This document shows, in pieces, positions 1-10,046 of a stretch of 64,000 nucleotides of DNA. Origin of the DNA: an uncultured Phycisphaerales bacterium (GTDB taxonomy: Bacteria; Planctomycetota; Phycisphaerae; Tepidisphaerales; Tepidisphaeraceae); contig CAVWVQ010000003.1 of NCBI GenBank assembly GCA_963758525.1, forward strand, positions 3,456,001 through 3,520,000, in the 5' to 3' direction. How positions within the stretch are numbered: the first letter of the stretch is position 1; each line of letters starts with the position of its first letter. Position numbers and translations under genes: made by a program. The notes beneath the pieces were generated by a model that searched no databases, had not been told where the DNA came from, and saw only the letters and a list, made by a program, of their open reading frames with translations.

Positions 1-127
1 CGAGCGGACGGAGTTTCCCAGAAGTTGCGGAGTCCAGCGAATCGCAATCCGTCTGCTGTCGGCTGTAATCGAGCGCGCGGCCGATCAATATGCGCGATTG
101 CACAACCACCCCAGGGCCAAATTAATC

Positions 128-604
128 TCATGCATCGATCCGGCTCGTAATAATAAAACCATGAGCAATCTCAACGCCTTCAAACTGGCGGGAGGAGATC
201 TCCACCAACCCATGATCTACGGTCACCGCTTGATGAATGGCGCGAAGAAATTGATCCTTCGCTCCCAGCAGCACGATCCGGGAGATCATCAACAACTGCT
301 GGCGCGTGAGCGCGTGCGACAGCCTTTCGGAAAGGAATTCCAGGGAGTTTCGTCGATCCGTGAGCCACGGTGCGGCAACGGCCCAATCCCATCGGTCTGG
401 CGAGCCCTCCCGGAGCAGTAGCGCGAACAAGGAAAAATCGCCCTTCTCGCCAGACAGTTCCCCTTCAAGGATTCTCAGCCTGTCCACGATCGTGGCTATA
501 GAACCGACATAAGAGACTGCACTGCCTGAATCATTTGCGCCGCGTCCGCCCTGGTGAGCGTTCCTGGCACGGGCGATTGTGCGAAGTTCGTCACGGGTAA
601 GCAT
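128..604 (-). CDS. Hypothetical protein resembling the partner gene that follows HEPN-domain genes; its N-terminus appears to come from a deleted HEPN-like gene
   Basis: ORF from ATG 604. The body (EKGDFSLFALLLREGSPDRWD..APW..ISRIVLL) resembles a family I recall lying downstream of HEPN genes. See findings. Confidence 0.5.
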   Translation of the reverse strand: MLTRDELRTIARARNAHQGGRGANDSGSAVSYVGSIATIVDRLRILEGELSGEKGDFSLFALLLREGSPDRWDWAVAAPWLTDRRNSLEFLSERLSHALTRQQLLMISRIVLLGAKDQFLRAIHQAVTVDHGLVEISSRQFEGVEIAHGFIITSRIDA

Positions 605-699
605 CGACCACCCCACGCCGAGAATCAATGATATTCGTCAGACTATTGTACCACCGATCAGTTCGGCAGGAAGTCTATCGCGTTATCGCCAGCGTCACC

Positions 700-842
700 G
701 GGTGTGGCGCTCGAAAGTGGCGATCGGCTCCGAGTAGGGCGGGATTCATCCCGCCGATTTGTTGGCCGGCTGAGAAAACGGCGGGATGAATCCCGCCCTA
801 CGATCGCAAAATCTGCAATCGCCACAAATAAAAGTTACACCC
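700..842 (+). mobile_element. 143-bp MITE, copy 1, carrying a GTAG-type REP-like inverted pair
   Basis: Ends GGGTGT...ACACCC; 8-bp direct repeat GCGTCACC at 692-699 and 843-850; near-identical copies at 22763 and 38154. Confidence 0.9.
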
Positions 843-976
843 GCGTCACCTGTCGTCGCGTGTGCTGCGGCAAACCGGCGAAACTGGGGGAATTGGGCAT
901 GCGATTTTATCGTCCTTTACGTTTGCCTGACGCGGACGTACGTTAGTCCCCGGATCGTTGGCGGGACGGACCGGAC

Positions 977-1737
977 ATGAGCCTTTTGGACGACATCACT
1001 CCCGAGCGAATCCCCCGGCACATTGCCGTGATCATGGATGGCAATGGCCGCTGGGCGGTGCAGCGCGGCCTGGAGCGGGTTCGCGGCCATCAACAGGGGG
1101 CGCGGGTCGTGCGGACCATCGTGACGGAGTGTTCACGCATTCGCCGCGAGCGCGGCGGGCCGGATTACCTCACGCTCTACTCATTCAGCCTGGAAAACTG
1201 GAAACGCCCGCCGGGCGAAATCTCGTTTTTGATGCAGATGTACATCGATTATCTGCGGACGGAACGCCCGACGATGATGGAGAACAACATCCGTTTTCGC
1301 CAGATCGGACGACTCGACAATCTTCCCCAACCCGTCCTGGACGAGGTCGAGGCGACACTCGAAGAAACCCGCAAGAACGACGGGCTGACCCTGATGCTTG
1401 CGCTGAATTATGGCAGCCGGGCCGAGATTACCGACGCCGTTCGGGCGATCGCCGAGGAAGTGCGTGACGGCCGGCTTCGGCCCGAGCAGATTCAGGAATC
1501 GACCATCTCCCAGCACCTCTACACTGCCGGCATCCCCGACCCGGATCTTCTGGTGCGCACGGCGGGCGAAATGCGGATCAGCAATTATCTGCTGTGGCAA
1601 ATCAGTTATGCGGAGCTGTTTATCAGCAATGTGCTCTGGCCGGACTTCGGCATCGACAACCTGCACGAAGCGCTGCACGCCTACGCGTCGCGCAACCGGC
1701 GGTTTGTGCGCTGGATCGCACCAATACGCTCCTCTGA
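977..1737 (+). CDS. uppS: Undecaprenyl diphosphate synthase (isoprenyl transferase), 1-bp frameshift near 1706
   Basis: HIAVIMDGNGRWA, FSLENWKRP, RTAGEMRISNYLLWQ. Adding one G restores RRFGALDRTNTLL* (TGA 1735-1737). Confidence 0.93.
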
Positions 1738-1741
1738 TTTG

Positions 1742-2668
1742 ATGGAACCCGCGCTGAAAAACCGCCTGACGTTTGGTTCGCTGATGCTCGCGGGGCTCTT
1801 TTTCCTGCTCTGGCTTGATGCCGCCGTCGAACGCTGGACCAAGCCCTGGATGATCAACTCGCACAAGGATCACCCGGTGCGCCACGGGCTGGGCGGCGTC
1901 GGGTTGCTGATTGTGCTGATGATTATCCTTCCGCTTGCGGTAACCGAGCTGGCCGCGCTGTTTACTGCTGAGCAGGTGCGTCCGTATCGCATCATCGCCG
2001 CATTCGGGTCCGGAGCCCTGGTGCTCCATGCCTTTCTCACGCAGCTTCCCAAGTTCCAGATCGTTGCGGCTTCCTCGCTGGCGATGATCGTGGTCTCCGT
2101 GATGCTTCTGGCGGCGGGCCGCAGGGCATGGGAACGCCAGACAGACCGCGCCATTCTCCGCATGGCCGGCACTGTGCTCGCGACGCTCTATTTGGGAGGC
2201 CTGGCGTGGTTTCTCATGGCGATCCGCGTCAAGCAATCGTTGTATTTCCACGGCAGCACCATGGTCGTCCTCATGATCCTGCTGGTGGTGAAGTCCACCG
2301 ATATCGGCGCGTACTTTGGCGGTCGAGCACTGGGGCGACGCAAGCTGATCGCCTGGCTCAGCCCCGGCAAGACGTGGGAGGGGCTGATCTGCGGAATGAT
2401 CACCGCCGGATTCGTCGGGATGATCTGCTCGCTGTTCGTACGCGAGGTCTATCTCAGCCCGCACAAGGGATTCATTTTTGGCGTGGTGATCGGCGGAATC
2501 GGACAAGTGGGCGACCTGCTCGAAAGCCTGATGAAGCGCGATGCTGGCATCAAAGACAGCGGGCGGCTCATTCCCGGATTTGGGGGCATTCTGGACGTGA
2601 TTGACAGTCCGCTCTTTGCGGCCCCGTTCGCTTACCTGCTTTTCAGCCTGTTCGCGTTCCGCGCATAA
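1742..2668 (+). CDS. cdsA: Phosphatidate cytidylyltransferase
   Basis: DIGAYFGG, SPGKTWEG, GDLLESLMKRDAGIKDSG..IPGFGGILDVIDS; follows uppS. Confidence 0.92.
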   Translation: MEPALKNRLTFGSLMLAGLFFLLWLDAAVERWTKPWMINSHKDHPVRHGLGGVGLLIVLMIILPLAVTELAALFTAEQVRPYRIIAAFGSGALVLHAFLTQLPKFQIVAASSLAMIVVSVMLLAAGRRAWERQTDRAILRMAGTVLATLYLGGLAWFLMAIRVKQSLYFHGSTMVVLMILLVVKSTDIGAYFGGRALGRRKLIAWLSPGKTWEGLICGMITAGFVGMICSLFVREVYLSPHKGFIFGVVIGGIGQVGDLLESLMKRDAGIKDSGRLIPGFGGILDVIDSPLFAAPFAYLLFSLFAFRA

Positions 2669-2841
2669 CCGTCATATCTGGCATAGGTTGCAGCTCATCG
2701 GCAACTTGGACCTCGCTGCGCGATGTTATTGGAACACACGCTTCTCGACATCCTGGCGCGGATTGGCAACAATGTCCCCGAACCAACTGCGATGAGCCAA
2801 GGCAAAAATGCCAATGGCATAAACGTTGTTCTCTCCGAACC

Positions 2842-3783
2842 GTGGACCTCAATATCACTGTCGAGCAGCCGGATAAGAAGCTGGCCCTGTTTGGGTCTGC
2901 AGATCGGCATTTGCGCATGATTCGCGACACGTTCGGCGTTCAAGTCGTCAGCCGGGAGGACGAATTGCGCCTCTCGGGCGACCGCACGCAGGTCGGTCGG
3001 GCGGCAGCAGTGTTGGAACAGATGCAGCGCAAGCTGCGCCGCCAGGACTGGCTGAGCGTGGAAGACGTCGGCGGCGCGATCGGCAGCGCGGTTGACGAGA
3101 TGCGCGAGCGCTCCGCCGACGAGATCGACGTCTACGCCAAAGGGCATGCGATCCGGCCCAAGACCGAGGGCCAGAAGCGCTATTTCCACGCGATCCAGAA
3201 TCACGACCTGACTTTCTGCATCGGACCGGCCGGCACGGGAAAAACGTATCTGGCCGTCGCTGCCGCCGCGAGCATGCTCAAGACCGGCCGCGCCCGCCGG
3301 CTGGTGCTGGCGCGCCCCGCCGTCGAGGCGGGCGAACGCCTTGGGTTTCTCCCGGGCGATCTGCAGGCGAAGGTGAATCCCTACCTTCGGCCCCTCTTTG
3401 ACGCGTTGCACGACATGATGGATTTTGACCAGGTGAAGCGATTCATGGTCAATGATGTGATCGAGGTCATCCCGCTGGCGTTTATGCGGGGGCGAACCCT
3501 CAACGAATGCGTGGTCATCCTTGATGAAGCGCAGAACACGACCGCCGCCCAGATGCTGATGTTCCTGACGCGTCTGGGGCATGATTCGAAGATGATCGTC
3601 ACCGGCGACGCAACCCAGGTCGACCTCCCGGACGGCACGCGCAGCGGTCTGGTCGACGCGATCGGCAAGCTCCGGGGAATCAAGGGAATTGGAATCGTCG
3701 AGCTCGAACAGAGTGACATCGTTCGGCATCGGCTAGTGCAAAGCATTGTCAACGCCTACGAAAGGAGCGGCGGCCAGTCCTAG
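2842..3783 (+). CDS. phoH: PhoH family ATPase (YbeZ-like)
   Basis: GPAGTGKT, RPAVEAGERLGFLPGD, AFMRGRTL, DEAQN; GTG start. Confidence 0.93.
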   Translation: MDLNITVEQPDKKLALFGSADRHLRMIRDTFGVQVVSREDELRLSGDRTQVGRAAAVLEQMQRKLRRQDWLSVEDVGGAIGSAVDEMRERSADEIDVYAKGHAIRPKTEGQKRYFHAIQNHDLTFCIGPAGTGKTYLAVAAAASMLKTGRARRLVLARPAVEAGERLGFLPGDLQAKVNPYLRPLFDALHDMMDFDQVKRFMVNDVIEVIPLAFMRGRTLNECVVILDEAQNTTAAQMLMFLTRLGHDSKMIVTGDATQVDLPDGTRSGLVDAIGKLRGIKGIGIVELEQSDIVRHRLVQSIVNAYERSGGQS

Positions 3784-3801
3784 ACTGGAACGCCGCATTG
3801 A

Positions 3802-6102
3802 ATGATGCCTTCCATCGAGTCCAGCCGGGCCCGCCGCGAGGAAATCCGCCGCAAGAGCCGCGCGGAAACCTCCGGATTCCGCGTGCACCATCTCCGCCAG
3901 GACGGGGTGGTCGAATCCATCTGCATCGCAGCCGTCTTCTTCCTCGTGGCGACGATGATTCTGGTGCTCCGCCAGGGCGTGATGCAGTATCGCCCCGGGC
4001 AGTGGGTTGCCAGCGACATCGTGAGCCGGGTTGCTTTTGGCTACAACGATCCCGACCAGCTCCTCCGCGCCCAGCGCGACCGCGCCGATCAGGAGCCGCG
4101 GGTCTATCACGCGATTCCCAACACCGATATCTGGGCTTCACTGGAGCAGTCGCTGCTGGATCTTCCCGACAAGTTGGCCGTCGGCAGCCAGGATTCGCAG
4201 CCGAAGGAATTGCGCGACATTTTCGACAGCGGCTCCATCACTGCATTGCGCCGATATCTCGCCCCCGAGCAGCGCAAGGGCTACGTCCGCCGGGTGACGG
4301 CATACGTGCAGGCGCTGCGGGAGTATCGGATTGTTGCGGGCGGCCAGAAATGGCCCATCTATATTCTTCCTGCTGATCAGCGCATGCAGGACATCCGTGC
4401 GCATCGTGATATTCACATCGACAACGCCGGCATTATCGCTCCCGAGCGCACGTTCGCCCCGCAATCCGACGACTTGCGGGCGATTCTCGCAGACGTGGTG
4501 CAAGCCCATTTCCTGCTGTCTCTGCGGCCGATGATCGTGGACTACACCCTTGCGGTGCTCCAGCCCAATTACCAGTACGATGACTTCGCCACCGCCGAGG
4601 CGCGTCAATCGGCGTTCAGCAGCGTGTCGCCCAATGCCGGTCAGCGCCATTATCCCGCCGACTTCATGCTCGTTCCCGGTTCCAGGACGCTGACGACACA
4701 GGACTGGCAACTGCTCAAGGCGGAAAACGATCAATATCTGCGGACGATCAAGGGAACCCGCTGGAGCGCGAAGCTCGGAACCGCCCTGTTCGCGCTGATC
4801 ATGACCATTGTGATCAGCGGCTACATCGTGCGCTATCAGCCGAGGATCGTGACGAATCACGCCCGCGCCATCGCCATCGCGGGCCTGCTGCTGGCGATGC
4901 TGCTGCTCAATCAGCTTGCCGGGCTGAGCAACGGGCCGCTCTATCTGTTCGGAATCGCGCCGACGCTGCTGGTGGCGATGATTCTGACGATTGCCTACGA
5001 CCAGCGATTCGGCATCGGCATTGCCAGCATGCACGGCACCCTCGCGGCCCTGGCGCTCAATGAAGGCGTGCCGTTCTTCATCATCATCTGGGTTGGAGTG
5101 CTGGTAACCTGCTTCATGCTCGATGAAATCCGCACCCGCAGCAAACTGATCGAAGTCGGCGGCGCCGCGGCGCTGGCGATGGTCGTTGCCACGGCAGCTT
5201 CCGGACTGATCGAGTTTGACCCATGGCCATTCGTTCTGCAGAACTGCCTCTACGCAGGCGCGGCCGGCTTGGCCGTGGGCTTTGTGGTGCTCGGAATTCT
5301 CCCCTTTGTTGAGAAGGCGTTCCGCATCACCACTTCGATGACACTGCTCGAACTGGCGGATGTGAGCCAGCCGCTGCTCCGCCGGCTGCAGAGCGAAGCG
5401 CCCGGGACCTACAACCACAGCCTTCAGGTTGCCACGCTCAGCGAAGCCGCGGCGGCGGCGATCGGCGCCAACGCGCTGCTCTGCCGGGTCGCGGCGTACT
5501 ACCACGACGTCGGCAAGATGAACAAAGCCGAGTACTTCGTCGAAAATCAGAGCGGCGGAGAAAGCCGCCATCTCAACCTCAGCCCCAACGTGTCGCTGAT
5601 GATCATTACCGGGCATGTTCGCGACGGCGTCGAGCTGGCGCATGAGTACAACCTGCCCACCAGCATCGTCCCATTTATTCAGCAGCATCACGGCACGACG
5701 CTCGTCGAATTCTTCTATCGCGCGGCATGCTCCCAGCACGAGCAGCAGCAGCCGGACATGCCGGCCATCAGTGAGCATCAATTCCGCTACCCCGGTCCCA
5801 AGCCCAGAACGCGCGAGGTGGCGGTCGTGATGCTGGCCGATGCTGTCGAGAGCGCGACCCGCACCCTGGTGGAGCCCAATGCGAGCCGCATTGAGGCGCT
5901 GGTGCATGACCTGGCGATGAAACGGCTGATCGACGGTCAGTTCGACGAATGCGCCCTGACCATGAAGGATCTGGAGCAGATGGAGCGGTCGATGATCAAA
6001 ACCCTCGTCGCGTTTTACCACGGGCGCATCGCCTACCCCTCCACTGCCGGCCTTTCCGCGGCGCCCGGTTCGTCGCAGGGGCCAGCGATGCGGAGCGCAT
6101 GA
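3802..6102 (+). CDS. 7TM-HD membrane phosphohydrolase (PgpH/YqfF-like, probable cyclic-di-AMP phosphodiesterase)
   Basis: Extracytoplasmic domain, multiple TM helices, APGTYNHS, YYHDVGK, QHHGT, FRYPGPKP, MLADAVES; phoH-ybeY context. Confidence 0.85.
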   Translation: MMPSIESSRARREEIRRKSRAETSGFRVHHLRQDGVVESICIAAVFFLVATMILVLRQGVMQYRPGQWVASDIVSRVAFGYNDPDQLLRAQRDRADQEPRVYHAIPNTDIWASLEQSLLDLPDKLAVGSQDSQPKELRDIFDSGSITALRRYLAPEQRKGYVRRVTAYVQALREYRIVAGGQKWPIYILPADQRMQDIRAHRDIHIDNAGIIAPERTFAPQSDDLRAILADVVQAHFLLSLRPMIVDYTLAVLQPNYQYDDFATAEARQSAFSSVSPNAGQRHYPADFMLVPGSRTLTTQDWQLLKAENDQYLRTIKGTRWSAKLGTALFALIMTIVISGYIVRYQPRIVTNHARAIAIAGLLLAMLLLNQLAGLSNGPLYLFGIAPTLLVAMILTIAYDQRFGIGIASMHGTLAALALNEGVPFFIIIWVGVLVTCFMLDEIRTRSKLIEVGGAAALAMVVATAASGLIEFDPWPFVLQNCLYAGAAGLAVGFVVLGILPFVEKAFRITTSMTLLELADVSQPLLRRLQSEAPGTYNHSLQVATLSEAAAAAIGANALLCRVAAYYHDVGKMNKAEYFVENQSGGESRHLNLSPNVSLMIITGHVRDGVELAHEYNLPTSIVPFIQQHHGTTLVEFFYRAACSQHEQQQPDMPAISEHQFRYPGPKPRTREVAVVMLADAVESATRTLVEPNASRIEALVHDLAMKRLIDGQFDECALTMKDLEQMERSMIKTLVAFYHGRIAYPSTAGLSAAPGSSQGPAMRSA

Positions 6103-6620
6103 CCCGAAGCTCTCAGATTTCACGCAGCGCCGACTCCGTCTCCAAGCTCGATCTGGCGATTTCCACCACCGCAAGCGCCGCCAAGTTCGTTCCGCTGCTG
6201 CGGACCAGCCTGCGCAAAGTTCACGCAATGCTGCGGCCCAGCCTGGGGGAGTTATCAGTCGCACTGATCGGCGACAGGCAAATGTCAGAACTGCACCACG
6301 AGTTTCTGGGAATTGTCGGCCCGACCGATGTGCTGACTTTCACGCTGGAGACAGATCCGCGTGGACGGGTAACCTCTGGGGAAATAGCGATTTGCGTTCC
6401 GGAAGCCCGCCGCCAGGCACGACAGCGCGGTGGAAAAGTGGAACATGAGGTGCTCCTCTATGCCGTGCATGGCGTGTTGCATCTGTGCGGCTTCAGCGAT
6501 AAAACCGACCGGGGTTTTCAGGCCATGCATCGCCGCGAAGATCAGATTCTCACCGCTTTGGGAATAGGGCCTGTTTTCCGCCCCGCGCCAGCCCGCCGCC
6601 AACGCCGTGGAGTTCGTTGA
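6099..6620 (+). CDS. ybeY: rRNA maturation endoribonuclease YbeY
   Basis: PTDVLTF, GEIAIC, HGVLHLCGFSD; ATGA overlap with the upstream stop. Confidence 0.88.
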   Translation: MTRSSQISRSADSVSKLDLAISTTASAAKFVPLLRTSLRKVHAMLRPSLGELSVALIGDRQMSELHHEFLGIVGPTDVLTFTLETDPRGRVTSGEIAICVPEARRQARQRGGKVEHEVLLYAVHGVLHLCGFSDKTDRGFQAMHRREDQILTALGIGPVFRPAPARRQRRGVR

Positions 6621-7891
6621 TGCCTGCGTATTTCTATGTGACGGCGGTCGCCGCGGCTTCTCTCGCGTCCTTGCTTTTTGCCACGCTGAACTACGCACTG
6701 CGCGACATCTCCCGCCTGCGGCTCGAACAATACCTCGAGCGGCAAGGCCGACTACGCTGGCTGGAGCCCACCATCCAACGCCGCGGCGAACTGTTGATCG
6801 TCACCGCGGTCGTCCGTCTCATCAGCAATACCCTCATCGCGCTCACCCTCTTTGACGGCCTGCACCGCGCCCTCGATCACCCTGTGCTTGCGTTCTGGCT
6901 CGCTGCGGCAATTTCGCTGGTTCTGACATTCTTCTTCTCCGTGGCGCTCCCCCACGCACTGGCGGAAATTGCCGGCGTCCCGTTCGTCGGCGCCGCCGCG
7001 GCGCCGCTGCATGTGCTTGCCAAGGCGCTGACGCCCTTCACCAGCATCACCAATCTCGTTGAAAACCGGGTGCAGAACACCATGGGCGATTCTGAAGCAT
7101 CCGAGCCGGCCAAGATCGAGGAAGAGTTGCTGGCCGTCGTCGAAGAGGGTGAAAAGGAAGGCGTCGTCGACAAGCAGGAGCGCGTCATTATCGAATCCGC
7201 CATCGGATTTCACGACACCACGGTCGGCCGGATCATGAGCCCGCGCGCCGACATCGAGGCGCTGCCGGTCGATTCGACTCTGGAACAGATTCAGGCCGAG
7301 ATCAGGAAGACCGGCCACTCCCGCATCCCCGTGTACCGCGGCACGCTCGATCAGATCGTCGGCATTCTTTACGCACGCGATCTGTTGCACCTTCTGGGCA
7401 AAACGCCCGCCGCCTTTGACATCAAGTCGATCACCCGCCCCGCCCTGTTCATCCCGGAGACCAAGACGCTCCGCGATCTGCTGCATGATTTCCGCCTGCA
7501 GAAGGTGCACATCGCGATTGTGCTGGACGAATACGGGAGCACCGCCGGCTTGATCACCATTGAAGACATGCTCAAGCAGTTGCTGGGCGACATCAGCGAC
7601 GAGCATGAGCCGCTGGAGCCGCCGATGTTCCGCAGGATTGACGATCAGATCAGCGAAGCAGACGCGCGGCTGCGGATCGATGAATTGAATCGGCTTACGG
7701 GGCTGTCGCTCCCTGAGGATGCCGGGTACGAAACACTGGGCGGCTTCATCTCAACAACGCTCGGTCGAATCCCCAAGGCCGGCGTTGTGCTCGAGCACTC
7801 CGGCGCGAAGTTCACCGTCCTTGATGCCGAGCCTCAAAAGGTCAATCGCCTGCGGGTTGAGCTGCTGCCCGTGCCGCAGCCGGTGAGTTAG
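6620..7891 (+). CDS. CNNM/HlyC-CorC family protein (DUF21, 2 CBS, CorC domain)
   Basis: N-terminal TMs, IMSPRADI, GHSRIPVY, HIAIVLDEYGSTAGLITIED, YETLGGF. Confidence 0.9.
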   Translation: MPAYFYVTAVAAASLASLLFATLNYALRDISRLRLEQYLERQGRLRWLEPTIQRRGELLIVTAVVRLISNTLIALTLFDGLHRALDHPVLAFWLAAAISLVLTFFFSVALPHALAEIAGVPFVGAAAAPLHVLAKALTPFTSITNLVENRVQNTMGDSEASEPAKIEEELLAVVEEGEKEGVVDKQERVIIESAIGFHDTTVGRIMSPRADIEALPVDSTLEQIQAEIRKTGHSRIPVYRGTLDQIVGILYARDLLHLLGKTPAAFDIKSITRPALFIPETKTLRDLLHDFRLQKVHIAIVLDEYGSTAGLITIEDMLKQLLGDISDEHEPLEPPMFRRIDDQISEADARLRIDELNRLTGLSLPEDAGYETLGGFISTTLGRIPKAGVVLEHSGAKFTVLDAEPQKVNRLRVELLPVPQPVS

Positions 7892-7982
7892 TCCCCCTTT
7901 CACAACCCTACTTCTGATCCGTGCCACAATCTGTCGAAACTTCGCGCGCTGCGCAAATGTTCCTGGCCGACAATAAGCCAAA

Positions 7983-9034
7983 GATAAAGAGCCGCGAAGA
8001 CGCGAAGCAGCGAAGACAAACGCGAAGGAAGACAATTCAATTGCACATAAAAGCCAAAGCAAAATCCCGGGGATTCCAGCCCTGCGTTTTCTTACCTTCG
8101 TTTCTGTCTTCGCGCCTTCGCGCCTTCGCGGCTCTTCCTCTTGCGGCTTGCCGCGCTGGGATAAAGAGCCGCGAAGACGCGAAGCAGCGAAGACAAACGC
8201 GAAGGAAGACAATTCAATTGCACATAAAAGCCAAAGCAAAATCCCTGAGCTTCCGGCCCTGGGTTTTCTTACCTTTCGCTTCTGTCTTCGCGCCTTCGCG
8301 CCTTCGCGGCTCTTCCTCTTGCGGCTTGCCGCGCTGGGATAAAGAGCCGCGAAGACGCGAAGCAGCGAAGACAAACGCGAAGGAAGACAATTCAATTGCA
8401 CATAAAAGCCAAAGGCAAAATCCCGGGGGCTTCCAGCCCTGCGTTTTCTTACCTTCGCTTCTGTCTTCGCGCCTTCGCGCCTTCGCGGCTCTTCCTCTTG
8501 CGGCTTGCCGCGCTGGGATAAAGAGCAGCGAAGACGCGAAGCAGCGAAGACAAACGCGAAGGAAGACAATTCAATTGCACATAAAAGCCAAAGCAAAATC
8601 CCTGAGCTTCCAGCCCTGCGTTTTCTTACCTTCGCTTCTGTCTTCGCGCCTTCGCGCCTTCGCGGCTCTTTCTCTTGCGGCTTGCCGCGCTGGGATAAAG
8701 AGCCGCGAAGACGCGAAGCAGCGAAGACAAACGCGAAGGAAGACAATTCAATTGCACATAAAAGCCAAAGGCAAAATCCCGGGGGCTTCCAGCCCTGCGT
8801 TTTCTTACCTTCGCTTCTGTCTTCGCGCCTTCGCGCCTTCGCGGCTCTTCCTCTTGCGGCTTGCCGCGCTGGGATAAAGAGCAGCGAAGACGCGAAGCAG
8901 CGAAGACAAACGCGAAGGAAGACAATTCAATTGCACATAAAAACCAAAGGCAAAATCCCGGGGCTTCCGGCCCTGCGTTTTCTTACCTTCGCTTCTGTCT
9001 TCGCGCCTTCGCGCCTTCGCGGCTCTTCCTCTTG
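7983..9034. repeat. Tandem array of six ~177-179-bp units (last one partial), each holding a long imperfect inverted repeat
   Basis: Units start GATAAAGAGC at 7983, 8160, 8338, 8517, 8694 and 8873; arms AAGAGCCGCGAAGACGCGAAG...CTTCGCGCCTTCGCGGCTCTT. Confidence 0.95.
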
Positions 9035-9068
9035 GGACCTCAGTGTAATCCGTGGTGAATGACCTGGC

Positions 9069-10046
9069 CTAATCCCCCGGCAGCCGATACAGATCGCCGA
9101 ACTCCCGGTACCAGGCCACGAACTGCCGCAGTCCCTCCGCCAGCGGGGTCGTTGGCTGATATCCTAATTCGGCGCTAGACCGCGTCAGATCGGCAAACGT
9201 CCGCTCCACATCGCCAGGCTGCGAAGGCCGTTGCTCGATGATTGCCTTCTTCCCCACCGCGGTCTCGATCGCGGCAATCAAACCGGAGAGCGTGATCGGC
9301 TCCGAGCCGCCGAGGTTGTAGATGCGATACCGGTCGCAATGATCCAGGCTCGACAGAATTCCCGCGACGATGTCCTTGATAAACGTGTAATCCCGGCTCG
9401 TCGTCCCATCGCCGAACATCGGCACCGGCTTGCCATGGTCGATCAGTCGGATGAACTTATGGATCGCCAGGTCGGGCCGTTGCCGCGGCCCATACACCGT
9501 AAAAAACCGCAGGCAGAACACCGGAAGCTTGTAGAGATGCCAATACGCATGGCAGAGCAATTCGCCCGACCGCTTCGTCGCCGCGTACGGACTGATCGGC
9601 TCCGCGACCGGATCCTCCTCGTGAAACGGCACCCGCCCCAGATTGCCATACACGCTTGAACTGGAGGCGAAGAGGAATTTGCCGACCTTGTGATTGACGG
9701 CCGCCTGCAGCAGATGCGTCGTCCCCTCCACATTGACCCGCGCATAATACCCCGGCTGCTCGATTGACGGCCGCACCCCCGCCATCGCCGCCAGATGCAG
9801 AATCGCCAGCGGCCGCGTCCGCGCCACCAACTGGTCGATCCGCGGCCCGTCGATGATGTCGATTTCCTCAACATCGACCGGCTCCCCATGGATGCTCTTC
9901 AGATTGGTTTCCTTCCACGTGCGGTCGTAGAAGTCGCAGAAATTATCGACGCCGATGACGCGGTACCCGCGCTCGAGCAGCGCTTGCGCCGCGTGCGAGC
10001 CGATAAAGCCCGCCGCTCCGGTGACGAGAATGTTCTGCCTGGGCAT
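9069..10046 (-). CDS. NAD-dependent nucleotide-sugar epimerase/dehydratase (UDP-glucuronate 4-epimerase-like)
   Basis: ILVTGAAGFIG, HLAAMAGVRPS, YAATK, RFFTVYGPRQRPD. Confidence 0.9.
   Translation of the reverse strand: MPRQNILVTGAAGFIGSHAAQALLERGYRVIGVDNFCDFYDRTWKETNLKSIHGEPVDVEEIDIIDGPRIDQLVARTRPLAILHLAAMAGVRPSIEQPGYYARVNVEGTTHLLQAAVNHKVGKFLFASSSSVYGNLGRVPFHEEDPVAEPISPYAATKRSGELLCHAYWHLYKLPVFCLRFFTVYGPRQRPDLAIHKFIRLIDHGKPVPMFGDGTTSRDYTFIKDIVAGILSSLDHCDRYRIYNLGGSEPITLSGLIAAIETAVGKKAIIEQRPSQPGDVERTFADLTRSSAELGYQPTTPLAEGLRQFVAWYREFGDLYRLPGD

Noticed and set aside
977..2668. Apparent 563-aa UppS-CdsA fusion
   Set aside because: One missing G destroys the conserved RRFG end. Restoring it gives a normal stop at 1737 and a separate ATG at 1742, so this is most likely an indel error.
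7983..9034. CRISPR array or repeat-protein ORFs (7751-8746, 7921-8877)
   Set aside because: Whole units repeat with no unique spacers and no cas genes. Unit lengths are not consistently multiples of three and the frames drift.
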